Source: Parcubacteria group bacterium M6-OD1-1
GTDB lineage: Bacteria; Patescibacteriota; Minisyncoccia; GWC2-36-17; M10-OD1-4
Length of the DNA: 64,000 nucleotides
Assembly: GCA_003056085.1 (NCBI GenBank)
Contig: LSNK01000001.1
Coordinates: forward strand, 152,729-216,728
Direction: 5' to 3'
Shown here one piece after another: positions 9,897 through 18,304 of the stretch (positions within the stretch are counted from its first letter, which is position 1; every line of letters starts with the position of its first letter). The notes under the pieces are model-generated. The model saw only the letters and a list, made by a program, of their open reading frames with translations. It did no database searches and had not been told where the DNA came from. The position numbers and the translations under genes are program-made.

Positions 9897-10002
9897 ATTG
9901 CGACATTTTACAATACTAATTGCGACACCTTTAAAGTATTTATTCATAAAATCGTTATTTATAGCAGTTTTATTGCGACATTTTATAATACTAATTGCGA
10001 CA
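9897..10002. promoter_or_regulatory. four direct copies of ATTGCGACA (two 30-bp units) upstream of the Fic gene, a candidate operator
   Basis: Copies at 9897-9905, 9919-9927, 9972-9980 and 9994-10002, with spacing 22/53/22 bp. They begin immediately upstream of the start codon at 9878. Confidence 0.4.
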
Positions 10003-10034
10003 TATTATAACTCCCCTTGAGAATACCTTTTCCA

Positions 10035-10070
10035 AAAAAGGTGTCAGAAAAGGTGTCAGGTACCTTTTTT
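10035..10070. repeat. half-site plus full copy of the AAAAGGTGTCAGGTACCTTTT repeat
   Basis: aaaaaaggtgtcag followed by aaaaggtgtcaggtacctttttt. Confidence 0.65.
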
Positions 10071-10107
10071 CACTCATTTATAAAAATAATATTTTTTTTC
10101 ATATAGA

Positions 10108-10365
10108 TTATTTAATATTTTTTGAAGAATTATCTGATATTTTTACTTTTAGAAAAACGAGTATTATAAATAGAATAATAAATAATAAGAAAGAAATTGC
10201 ATAATAAGGAACTGCGTGATCTAAAAGATTATATACATAAGGACAACCAGGATTATTATCGCCAGAATTAGGCATTATAACTTTTCGAACTATTAATTGC
10301 ATACCGATTAAAATACCGATATTAACCCAAAATAAAATATATATAATTTTATAAATTTTTATCAT
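10108..10365 (-). CDS. small hydrophobic membrane protein
   Basis: 85 aa with two hydrophobic stretches. 4-bp overlap with the upstream gene. Confidence 0.3.
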   Translation of the reverse strand: MIKIYKIIYILFWVNIGILIGMQLIVRKVIMPNSGDNNPGCPYVYNLLDHAVPYYAISFLLFIILFIILVFLKVKISDNSSKNIK

Positions 10366-11402
10366 TTCTTAAAACAACCGATAAACCAAGCTCTTTTTAG
10401 AGTTATCTCCCCTTTTTCTGCACCAATAGAAAGATACTTTCCGTCTCTACCGTTCCCACTCTTAATTGTTACATTATCACAAGAATTTATTTTGTCTAAA
10501 TATTTTTCTTTAAAAGTATTATACGCATAATTTTTCTTTTTTTGAATATCCGTACAAGCATTAGCATATTCTCCACAGTACTCAAAACTCACACCATACA
10601 AAGACTCCTCTTTTCCAGTTTCCAGATTAATCTTTGTAAGCCTCGCTGCAGCAACTCCTGCATCACCCATAGAATAAATAAGTAAAAGTGAATTTTTATC
10701 TGGCATATAATCAACTACTGTTACAATTCCAACAGGTGAGGTTTCTATTTTGTCAACTATAATTTTATTTTGTTTTGATTTATTATTATAAACCCCCAAA
10801 ACACACGACATTCTTTCTGAACAACCATTTCTTAAATAAAATACTAAATTACCTGAAACATAAAAATCATTTATATTGGAATTTTCAGAAAATTCCAATT
10901 GATTAGTATTTTTAGTTTTTATATCAAAATAATTTATCTTTCCCTTCTTATTTATAAAATAAATTTTATCCCCCTCAAGTCTTGGCTTAGCTATCCATGG
11001 CTCTGTTGAAACAAAACCAATTTTTTGTTCTGTCTCAGTTTTTGTATTAAAAATAGAAAAGAAAAAAGCGTTTTCGTAATGATTGTTTTCTGTTGGTGTT
11101 CTTTCTTCTTTTAAAATAAGTAATCCTGAGTTTAAATTCTCAAAAGAAATGATCGGAAAACTTTTTATAAGTTTATCTATTTTAAGTTTAGTGCTTGTTG
11201 CTATGTTAAAAAAAGGCGGTGAAATATTGACAATATTTTTAGGAGGCTCAACTCCAATACCTCTATTATAAACTGAATCTGCACTTGAAGCTTTTTTGAA
11301 AACTGCCAAATTATACTTTTCAATAAAATAAAAAACACTAAAAATAATCAATCCGGAAATAATCAATGCTCCAATTATTAAAATATTACTTTTATTAAAC
11401 AT
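10362..11402 (-). CDS. hypothetical membrane-anchored or secreted protein
   Basis: N-terminal hydrophobic anchor. No other motif. Confidence 0.4.
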   Translation of the reverse strand: MFNKSNILIIGALIISGLIIFSVFYFIEKYNLAVFKKASSADSVYNRGIGVEPPKNIVNISPPFFNIATSTKLKIDKLIKSFPIISFENLNSGLLILKEERTPTENNHYENAFFFSIFNTKTETEQKIGFVSTEPWIAKPRLEGDKIYFINKKGKINYFDIKTKNTNQLEFSENSNINDFYVSGNLVFYLRNGCSERMSCVLGVYNNKSKQNKIIVDKIETSPVGIVTVVDYMPDKNSLLLIYSMGDAGVAAARLTKINLETGKEESLYGVSFEYCGEYANACTDIQKKKNYAYNTFKEKYLDKINSCDNVTIKSGNGRDGKYLSIGAEKGEITLKRAWFIGCFKK

Positions 11403-11427
11403 AAATTAACTAAGCTTATATATTAGA

Positions 11428-12348
11428 TTAACTTTCTAAAACATTAAATCCATTAAATATGGCATCACACATAAAATCTTCCAATAAACTGGAATCTCCA
11501 CTTTGTTGAGACTTATTTAAATAATTATAATAAAATCTTTTATTTTCTTGCTTAATAACTGCTGGCGGTAAATTTCTTCTCAAAAACATCGCTACCACAA
11601 TAAGACGCCCAATTCTTCCGTTGCCATCAGAAAAAGGATGAATTTTCTCAAAATCACTATGTATTTGAGAAATATGTTTTACTACATCATCTTCTTCTTT
11701 ATTTATATTTTTTATTAGCCTTACTACTAACTCTGGGACTTTCAAATAATTAGCAGTAGGAATATTGGCTCCGACAATTCTCACCCCATGATTTCTATAA
11801 AAACCCGCATCATCTCTAATGCTATTCATTAAAATGCTATGTAATTTTAAAATTAATAATTCTGTAATTTTAAAATTTGGCTTAATCTGTTTAAATAAAA
11901 ACTGTAAAGCTGTTTGATGATTTTTAGCCTCTAATTGTTCAATTAAATTTCTGTTTTTCAAAGATATGTTCCGAAATAAAATATCTGCAGTTTCATTTTC
12001 AGTTAAAGTACTGCCTTCTATGCTGTTTGTATTGTAAGTTAAAGATAAAATAAACTGATCATAAATATCTTTACGACTGATGATTTCTTTTAATATGTTT
12101 GTGTATTTTTTTGATTTATTGTAAATAACATCTTTTTTTGCTTGTAAAATATTATCTGGAATAATTTTTTGCCCTGTGTATTTTTTATACAATTCATCAA
12201 TCAACTCCCGCCTTCTTTTGTGAGGAACTGATTTGTTATTGATCCAGCTATTTAAAGTTGCAAAAGACACCTCCAGCTCATAAGCAATTTTTTCTTGAGT
12301 TAAGCCTGAAATTTGTTTAATTAATTTTAGTTTCTCTGATGTATTCAT
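11428..12348 (-). CDS. Fic-family protein (AMPylase-type) with N-terminal XRE-like HTH
   Basis: Canonical HPFSDGNGRIGR motif. N-terminal LTQEKIAYELEVSFATLNSWINNK helix-turn-helix. Confidence 0.8.
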   Translation of the reverse strand: MNTSEKLKLIKQISGLTQEKIAYELEVSFATLNSWINNKSVPHKRRRELIDELYKKYTGQKIIPDNILQAKKDVIYNKSKKYTNILKEIISRKDIYDQFILSLTYNTNSIEGSTLTENETADILFRNISLKNRNLIEQLEAKNHQTALQFLFKQIKPNFKITELLILKLHSILMNSIRDDAGFYRNHGVRIVGANIPTANYLKVPELVVRLIKNINKEEDDVVKHISQIHSDFEKIHPFSDGNGRIGRLIVVAMFLRRNLPPAVIKQENKRFYYNYLNKSQQSGDSSLLEDFMCDAIFNGFNVLES

Positions 12349-12421
12349 AATATCAGTATATTATAGAACTTTATAAAGTTTGTCAAATTTAATAAACTTT
12401 ATAAAGTTTTAATTTAATACT

Positions 12422-12566
12422 CTCTAAGCAAAACAAAAAATCTTTCAATTTCTTGAAAGATTTTTTGTTTTATTGTTTTTCTGTCTTAAACAAATGTTAA
12501 AGCATTTCCTTTGCTGTCTCCTCTGCCTGTTCTGCCTATTCTGTGGACATAGTCGTTGTATGACTG
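12422..12566. repeat. 145-bp direct repeat, copy A: orphan 27-codon 3' end of the DEAD-box helicase gene plus terminator hairpin
   Basis: Identical to 18305-18449. Contains the hairpin aaaaaatctttcaa-tttc-ttgaaagatttttt and an out-of-context coding tail ...YNDYVHRIGRTGRGDSKGNALTFV* on the minus strand. Confidence 0.85.
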
Positions 12567-12614
12567 CGTTTTGAGTTACTTTAAATAGTTGATATTTCAT
12601 GCAAATATTATAAA

Positions 12615-13112
12615 TTACTTTACAACAAACTTCTCAGATGCAATGTTAATAGAATAAGTTTTTTCCTCTTCAATTCTCTTAATTATTTTTGGAATATCTG
12701 GATCCCAAAATAAATCTTCCATGCTTTGTATTTTTTCGAGAGTAAACCAATCATATTCAAGATCTTCTGAATTTTCTATTAATCGTCCCGTTAGCTCCGA
12801 AATAAAGATTATCTTTACGGCATGCAAAACAATATCATTTTTATACTTTATTAATGGAAAAACACCTGCAAGTTCTTTTATTTTTACCTCAAGACCAGTT
12901 TCTTCTTCTGTCTCCCTCTTTGCTCCAATTATAATATCCTCTTCCATCTCAAGCCACCCTGAAGGAATGCTCCATTTTCCATTTTGATGAATTAGTAAGT
13001 ATTTATCATCTTTTACAACAACAGAGCCGACAATAATAAATGGCTGTGTGACACAGCGTTTGTTTCCTTGTTCTGTTTTAGTAACTATTTGTGGTTTATC
13101 TTTAGAATCCAT
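12615..13112 (-). CDS. NUDIX hydrolase
   Basis: Nudix box GWLEMEEDIIIGAKRETEEETGL matches GX5EX7REUXEEXGU. Confidence 0.8.
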   Translation of the reverse strand: MDSKDKPQIVTKTEQGNKRCVTQPFIIVGSVVVKDDKYLLIHQNGKWSIPSGWLEMEEDIIIGAKRETEEETGLEVKIKELAGVFPLIKYKNDIVLHAVKIIFISELTGRLIENSEDLEYDWFTLEKIQSMEDLFWDPDIPKIIKRIEEEKTYSINIASEKFVVK

Positions 13113-13114
13113 TT

Positions 13115-14056
13115 TTATTTTTTATTTAATATTATATTATAATATTTTTTTTCGGTATCATTGAATATTGTTTTCATCTCTTCTATGCAAGATTCTCCAT
13201 TTAACGCACTCAGAGGTAATATCAATATATTCTCATCTATAGTATTATAACACGGTTCAAATACACTTAAAAATATATTTAATTCATATAAACGTGTTGT
13301 TATCTTTTTTAAACACTTTTCATCACTTTCATTATTATGACTACCATACCTATCTATCCTTGATTTACATTTTAATAATGTTTGATGTAGTGCATAATAT
13401 GTATTATTAAAATTATCTTCTAAGTAACAGAAATCTTTACCATAGAGAACTATATTTCTATAGTAAGCAACAGAAATCTCATGCTTCGTCGCATCTTCAT
13501 GAACTACACCAGCATAAACGGTATCATTTACAGGAAAGTTTAAACTCATGTTATCTTCTCCATATACAAAATAATTAATATATTTTGCTTCGATATTTAG
13601 ATTACTTCTTAACTCTTCAGACACCAATACATTATCTAATGAATATGAAAATTCACTACCTTTAATAACAATTCCCAGATCTATATCGTCAGGAGCATAA
13701 TCCCTATATCCATAAACATAACTGCCGTATACGTAAATGGATATTATGTCCTCAATATTAAAATTAGGACATTTACTCATAACACTCTCAATAACAGAAT
13801 TTATATTTTCTTTTAATTTTAAAATTCTTCCAATTATCAATTTATTTTGATTGCTATCAAATACCCGATAATACGGATTTCTATTTTTCAAATTATCTAT
13901 AATATCTTTTTCTGAATCAAGACAGATATTTTCATTAGAAAAAATAAATAAGGGGTATTCATATTGATACCCCTTATTTAATTTATTATTATTTTCCTTT
14001 CTTATCTCTTTGATGATCTTCTCTGCGTAATTACGAGAGGACAATAAACTCCACAT
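13115..14056 (-). CDS. nucleotidyltransferase (Pol-beta superfamily minimal NTase fold)
   Basis: YGSYVYGYRDYAPDDIDLGIV matches the hG[GS]-x9-13-D-h-[DE]-h NTase signature. 2-bp gap to the NUDIX gene and 55-bp overlap with the upstream gene. Confidence 0.55.
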   Translation of the reverse strand: MWSLLSSRNYAEKIIKEIRKENNNKLNKGYQYEYPLFIFSNENICLDSEKDIIDNLKNRNPYYRVFDSNQNKLIIGRILKLKENINSVIESVMSKCPNFNIEDIISIYVYGSYVYGYRDYAPDDIDLGIVIKGSEFSYSLDNVLVSEELRSNLNIEAKYINYFVYGEDNMSLNFPVNDTVYAGVVHEDATKHEISVAYYRNIVLYGKDFCYLEDNFNNTYYALHQTLLKCKSRIDRYGSHNNESDEKCLKKITTRLYELNIFLSVFEPCYNTIDENILILPLSALNGESCIEEMKTIFNDTEKKYYNIILNKK

Positions 14057-15108
14057 TTATCACACCCTCTTGAAAGCGCCTCTGGATCACAACTTTTTAT
14101 CAACGATCTTTTTTGCAGGACATCCCTATCTTCTTCCATCAAATCAGGAATACGAGCCATATCTCCAGAATGAACAGCTATTTTTGCAGACATTATACCC
14201 CTTTCAGAATCATCAAGCGTAGGAAATCCCTTATGCTCATTAGCTGGAATAGTTGTAATTTTGCCAACATTAAATCTAGCCGCCTCTGCCGCACCTATAG
14301 CAGATGCTATATAATCATACGAACCGCATACATCGGTTACAACTGGTCCAAGTAATTGAAACGGCACATAATCCCCATGAGTCTCCCTGATGCTACCAAT
14401 CATTTCGGCTATCATATGAAATGGATAATGACTCATCACCTCAACTATAGATAAAACTCCATTTTCTTTCAGAAAAGAATACATCTCCATCTGTTTTCCA
14501 ACCTCCCACAAATGAGATCTATCGTTAGCTTCAACTATCCCCGCAGCTCTAAAAGTAGAACCTATGTGAATAGTAGTATTATACTCCTTAGCCAAGTCAA
14601 TAATATCATCTAAAATAGGATAATAAGGATTATCTACTTTATGCTTTCTCATCGTTACAGCTAAGAGACCTCCTTGTCTTCCTGTTATAGGGATCAAACG
14701 ACCACTTGAATAGGTCTCGAGTTCTTCTCTAGTTCTTGGAGTAAAATTGATCGTCATATGGTCACCCCCTCCAAGAATAAAGCACTCAATTTCTTCAAGT
14801 AAAACGTCAGGATAAACTTTTGTTTTGTTTTCTATAAAAGGTAAATAGATGGGATTCATACCAACACCAATGTGTGGGTATTTCTCTTTAACATACCTCC
14901 AGAGTGGTTGTTTGAGCCTGATTGTACTAAGGTCGGTTATTGTATGAACTCCAAGCTTAGCAGCAAGATCTATTTTTTTCATCTCTTGATGCACCGAATC
15001 TTCATCTACTTTATTAGTCCCCACAATGAAATTTATCTTTGTAGTAGCTCCCTCTCCTACTTCCAAATTAACATCACCAAGCTTATTGCCAACAATTATC
15101 TTATTCAC
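14002..15108 (-). CDS. short ThiC-family protein (phosphomethylpyrimidine-synthase-like, radical-SAM-type)
   Basis: LLGPVVTDVCGSYDYIASAIGAAEAA matches the ThiC LGPLxTD...GYDHIxSAIGAA block. A C-terminal CDKCGVYC resembles the ThiC CxxCxxxxC cluster motif. Other ThiC-like blocks are recognisable. Only 368 aa. Confidence 0.6.
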   Translation of the reverse strand: MNKIIVGNKLGDVNLEVGEGATTKINFIVGTNKVDEDSVHQEMKKIDLAAKLGVHTITDLSTIRLKQPLWRYVKEKYPHIGVGMNPIYLPFIENKTKVYPDVLLEEIECFILGGGDHMTINFTPRTREELETYSSGRLIPITGRQGGLLAVTMRKHKVDNPYYPILDDIIDLAKEYNTTIHIGSTFRAAGIVEANDRSHLWEVGKQMEMYSFLKENGVLSIVEVMSHYPFHMIAEMIGSIRETHGDYVPFQLLGPVVTDVCGSYDYIASAIGAAEAARFNVGKITTIPANEHKGFPTLDDSERGIMSAKIAVHSGDMARIPDLMEEDRDVLQKRSLIKSCDPEALSRGCDKCGVYCPLVITQRRSSKR

Positions 15109-15123
15109 TATATTGTCTCCTAT

Positions 15124-15813
15124 TTAAAAGATGTTCTTATCAGAAAATACATCTATAATCCTATTGTGTACAGTTTCGATATCATCATTTCCATCTATAC
15201 GCATAAGATCATACTTATTGGTCAAGCGCTCAAATTCATACCTGTATTGCTTCAAAAATGTAATACTAGAAGTATCATACCCACGCATCGCAACTCGCTC
15301 ATCTGCGATTTTAGGATCAGTGTCCAACCAAAAATTTAATTTTGGAGGATCAAGATAGAGAAGGATATTTTTTACATGCTCATAAGTTTCATCGGAGCAT
15401 CCATTAGCCATAGCTCCAGCAAGCCAATCAAAAACGGATCTTGAAGAAACAATCGTAAATCCCGAGTTTACAACGGAATCAATCTTCTCCATTTTATTCC
15501 TTAGCACCTCAAAGCTTATTGCCACCATGTACGCATCTATGCCAAGCAACGCATGCCCAGACTTGATGCCCATGCTCTTACCTATTATGTAACTCATTTC
15601 AGAAACAAAGTATCTTGTCTCCTCATATCTTGCTACAGCAATACCCTTTTCCCTTCTTAGCCACCCACATAATAAATTCATTTGGGTGGTTTTACCAGCG
15701 CCATCAATACCAGAAAAACCTATATGTACACCATTATCACATTTCATGATAAGTCTCCTATATACCTGATTATTAAATTGGAAAAAAGCAATCTTACACA
15801 CAAGGAATACCAT
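15124..15813 (-). CDS. thymidylate-kinase-like P-loop nucleotide kinase (probable true start at the internal Met, about 15747)
   Basis: IGFSGIDGAGKTT matches the Tmk P-loop and LDTDPKIADERVAMRG matches the Tmk lid region. The first 22 codons look like a spurious N-terminal extension. Confidence 0.6.
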   Translation of the reverse strand: MVFLVCKIAFFQFNNQVYRRLIMKCDNGVHIGFSGIDGAGKTTQMNLLCGWLRREKGIAVARYEETRYFVSEMSYIIGKSMGIKSGHALLGIDAYMVAISFEVLRNKMEKIDSVVNSGFTIVSSRSVFDWLAGAMANGCSDETYEHVKNILLYLDPPKLNFWLDTDPKIADERVAMRGYDTSSITFLKQYRYEFERLTNKYDLMRIDGNDDIETVHNRIIDVFSDKNIF

Positions 15814-15846
15814 GTTATAAGCTTCATGTCAATCAAATTTCTTAAA

Positions 15847-16133
15847 TTAACACCTGAAATGCACACTATTAAAAACTTGATGCGGTGTTAAATAGTTAAG
15901 ACGTTTACGAGGTCTGTTATTTAACTTTCTAACAGCTCTTTTTACATCTTTATCCGTAATTGTAGCAAAAGAAGATCTTTTAGGAAAATATTGTCTTAAT
16001 AAGCCATTAACATTTTCATTAGCGCCTCTTTGTTGAGGTTTGCCTTTGTCTGCAAAATACACTAAAGCTCCCGTTTCTTGTTCTATAAATTTATGTTCTG
16101 CAAACTCACTTCCATTGTCGTAAGTTATTGTAA
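15847..16133 (-). mobile_element. IS30-family transposase remnant (C-terminal ~95 aa, frameshifted upstream)
   Basis: Translation ITYDNGSEFAEHKF...QRGANENVNGLLRQYFPK...LNNRPRKRLNYLTPHQVF matches the IS30 DDE C-terminal signature. The upstream portion is out of frame. Confidence 0.75.
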
Positions 16134-16390
16134 GGCAACTGCCTTGTGGACAAATTCCAAAAAACCTCTTGTGTATTCTTTCATCAGTCTATTTCTCTTC
16201 TGTTGGTTAAATATTACATAGTGTTAACTCCAAGATAACTATACTTATATTTCACAACAAATCAACAATCTCCGCTGATCCATCCACCCATTTCCTTGTC
16301 TTATAAAGTATTTGATGCTATAAATCATATTGGTTTTAGAGGATGTTCTTTATATAAAAAATAAACAACTTAAACAAGGGGTATATCACT

Positions 16391-17851
16391 ATGTCAACAT
16401 CAGATATTTTTGAAATGGAAGACCTTATTTTTACAAACTCTACAGAACAAATCGTAACTGGAGGAAGAGATAAATTCCCTTTATTGTCTAAAGCATTCAA
16501 AGATATAAAGCAAATAGGCATTATCGGCTGGGGCTCTCAAGGTCCGGCGCAATCTCAAGACTTACGAGACTCACTGAAAAATACTGGGGTCAAAGTAAAG
16601 ATTGGACTTAGGGAAAACAGCTCATCTATGACAAAAGCCAGAAAAGCCGGCTTCACTGAAGAAAACGGCACTCTTGGTGAAATGTATGATGTTGTCGCTG
16701 AGTCAGATATGGTAATCTTGCTTATAGCAGATTCTGGTCAGGTTGCTGAGTACAAAAAGATATTCACAACAATGAAAAAAGGTGCTACTCTCGGTCTGTC
16801 TCATGGTTTTCTATTGGGACACTTGAAGAACGTTGGAGAGTATTTTCCAGACGATATAAACGTTGTAGGTGTTTGCCCTAAAGGTATGGGACCTTCTGTT
16901 CGTAGACTTTACGAGCAAGGTTCAGGTATCAACGATAGCTTTGCAGTGGAGTGTGACATAGATAGTCGCGCTACAGATATTGCTCTTGGCTGGGCAGTTG
17001 CACTGGGTGCTCCATGTATCTTTGAGACAACCCTGGAGATGGAGTATCGCAGTGATATCTTCGGCGAACGTGGTATCTTGCTCGGCGCCGTGCATGGAAT
17101 AGTTGAAGCACTCTATTATATTTTCTGCTTAAAAGGAGCGAGTAAAAAAGCTGCTTACAGACTGTCAGTAAAAAATATAACAGGTCCAATAAGCCATACT
17201 ATTTCTAAAAATGGAATAATTGGTGTTTACAACAGCCTCAATAGTGGCACCGATAAAGTAATCTTCCATGAAATGTACAAAGCTGCTTACACTCCTTCAT
17301 TGGCACTTCTCAGTGAAATATACGATGAAGTAGAAAATGGGAATGAAATAAGAAGTGTCATAATGGCGGGGAGAAGAAATAATGAATTCCCTATGGGCAA
17401 TATCGACAAAAGCGAGATGTGGGATACAGTAGGTAAAACAGTAAGAGAAACAAGAGGCGACAAAGAGATGCCAATATACCCCATGACTGCTGGTTTGTAT
17501 TGCGCTGTTATGATGGCGCAGATAGACTTATTAACAAAGAGAGGTCATTGTGTGAGTGAAATATGCAATGAATCAGTTATTGAAGCTGTTGATTCGCTCA
17601 ATCCTTATATGCATCATGCAGGGATTGCTCACATGATAGACAACTGTTCGACCACGGCGCGCCTTGGTGCGAGAAAATGGGGACCTCGCTTCTTTGCACT
17701 TATAATGCAAGAAATTAAACCTTCTTTTTCTAGTAGATTAATCGCGGATAATGACTTGATCGATGCCTTTGTGAATCATCCAATTCATAACGATCTCAAA
17801 GTATGCAGTGAACGCAGACCACCCATTGATATATCTCTCAACATTGATTAG
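16391..17851 (+). CDS. ilvC: ketol-acid reductoisomerase, long class-II form
   Basis: GWGSQG Rossmann motif plus LGLSHGF, VCPKGMG and FGERGILLG blocks. 486 aa with the duplicated C-terminal domain typical of class II. Confidence 0.8.
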   Translation: MSTSDIFEMEDLIFTNSTEQIVTGGRDKFPLLSKAFKDIKQIGIIGWGSQGPAQSQDLRDSLKNTGVKVKIGLRENSSSMTKARKAGFTEENGTLGEMYDVVAESDMVILLIADSGQVAEYKKIFTTMKKGATLGLSHGFLLGHLKNVGEYFPDDINVVGVCPKGMGPSVRRLYEQGSGINDSFAVECDIDSRATDIALGWAVALGAPCIFETTLEMEYRSDIFGERGILLGAVHGIVEALYYIFCLKGASKKAAYRLSVKNITGPISHTISKNGIIGVYNSLNSGTDKVIFHEMYKAAYTPSLALLSEIYDEVENGNEIRSVIMAGRRNNEFPMGNIDKSEMWDTVGKTVRETRGDKEMPIYPMTAGLYCAVMMAQIDLLTKRGHCVSEICNESVIEAVDSLNPYMHHAGIAHMIDNCSTTARLGARKWGPRFFALIMQEIKPSFSSRLIADNDLIDAFVNHPIHNDLKVCSERRPPIDISLNID

Positions 17852-17880
17852 TTGTTTTTTATTGTCTATTTAGTCCACAA

Positions 17881-17910
17881 GGACCTCTTTACAAAGAGGC
17901 CCTTTTTTAT
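17881..17910 (+). terminator. rho-independent terminator after ilvC
   Basis: ggacctcttt-aca-aagaggcc followed by TTTTTT. Confidence 0.55.
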
Positions 17911-18304
17911 TTCTTTAAAAATTTACAACATCTAATCCTACGATAAGAGACTGACCAATATTATACATCCTATGATAAAATACAGATATGGAAAGAAGAT
18001 GTTTCTATATATAATATTATTGGAATTGTATTAATTATTTTTGACATTTTCTTATTAAAAATAAAGTGAATATAAAACATGCCTATTTGTTTAAAAGTAA
18101 TAAGATTGAATAAAAATATTAAAAAAAAATTTCTGCTATTTATTACATGATACATACCTATTAATATCTATTCTAAGAACTATTCCTATATAAATATAAC
18201 ACAAAAGAGATCAGAAGCTTTTTCGTCATCTTTTTCATTCTTTTCCTTCTTTCTGACAACTTTTCTTCCATTTTTTTCTTTTAAAAAATATCATTTAACA
18301 CCCC

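Noticed and set aside
9897-10002. Tandem repeats as a possible CRISPR array
   Set aside because: Only four copies of a 9-mer with alternating 22/53-bp spacing, directly upstream of a gene start. No cas genes and no repeat-spacer regularity.
15748-15813. N-terminal 22 codons of the kinase ORF (MVFLVCKIAFFQFNNQVYRRLI)
   Set aside because: The hydrophobic, non-conserved extension precedes the P-loop, which in Tmk-like kinases is normally about 10 residues from the true N-terminus (MKCDNGVHIGFSGIDGAGKTT). Probably an over-extended ORF.
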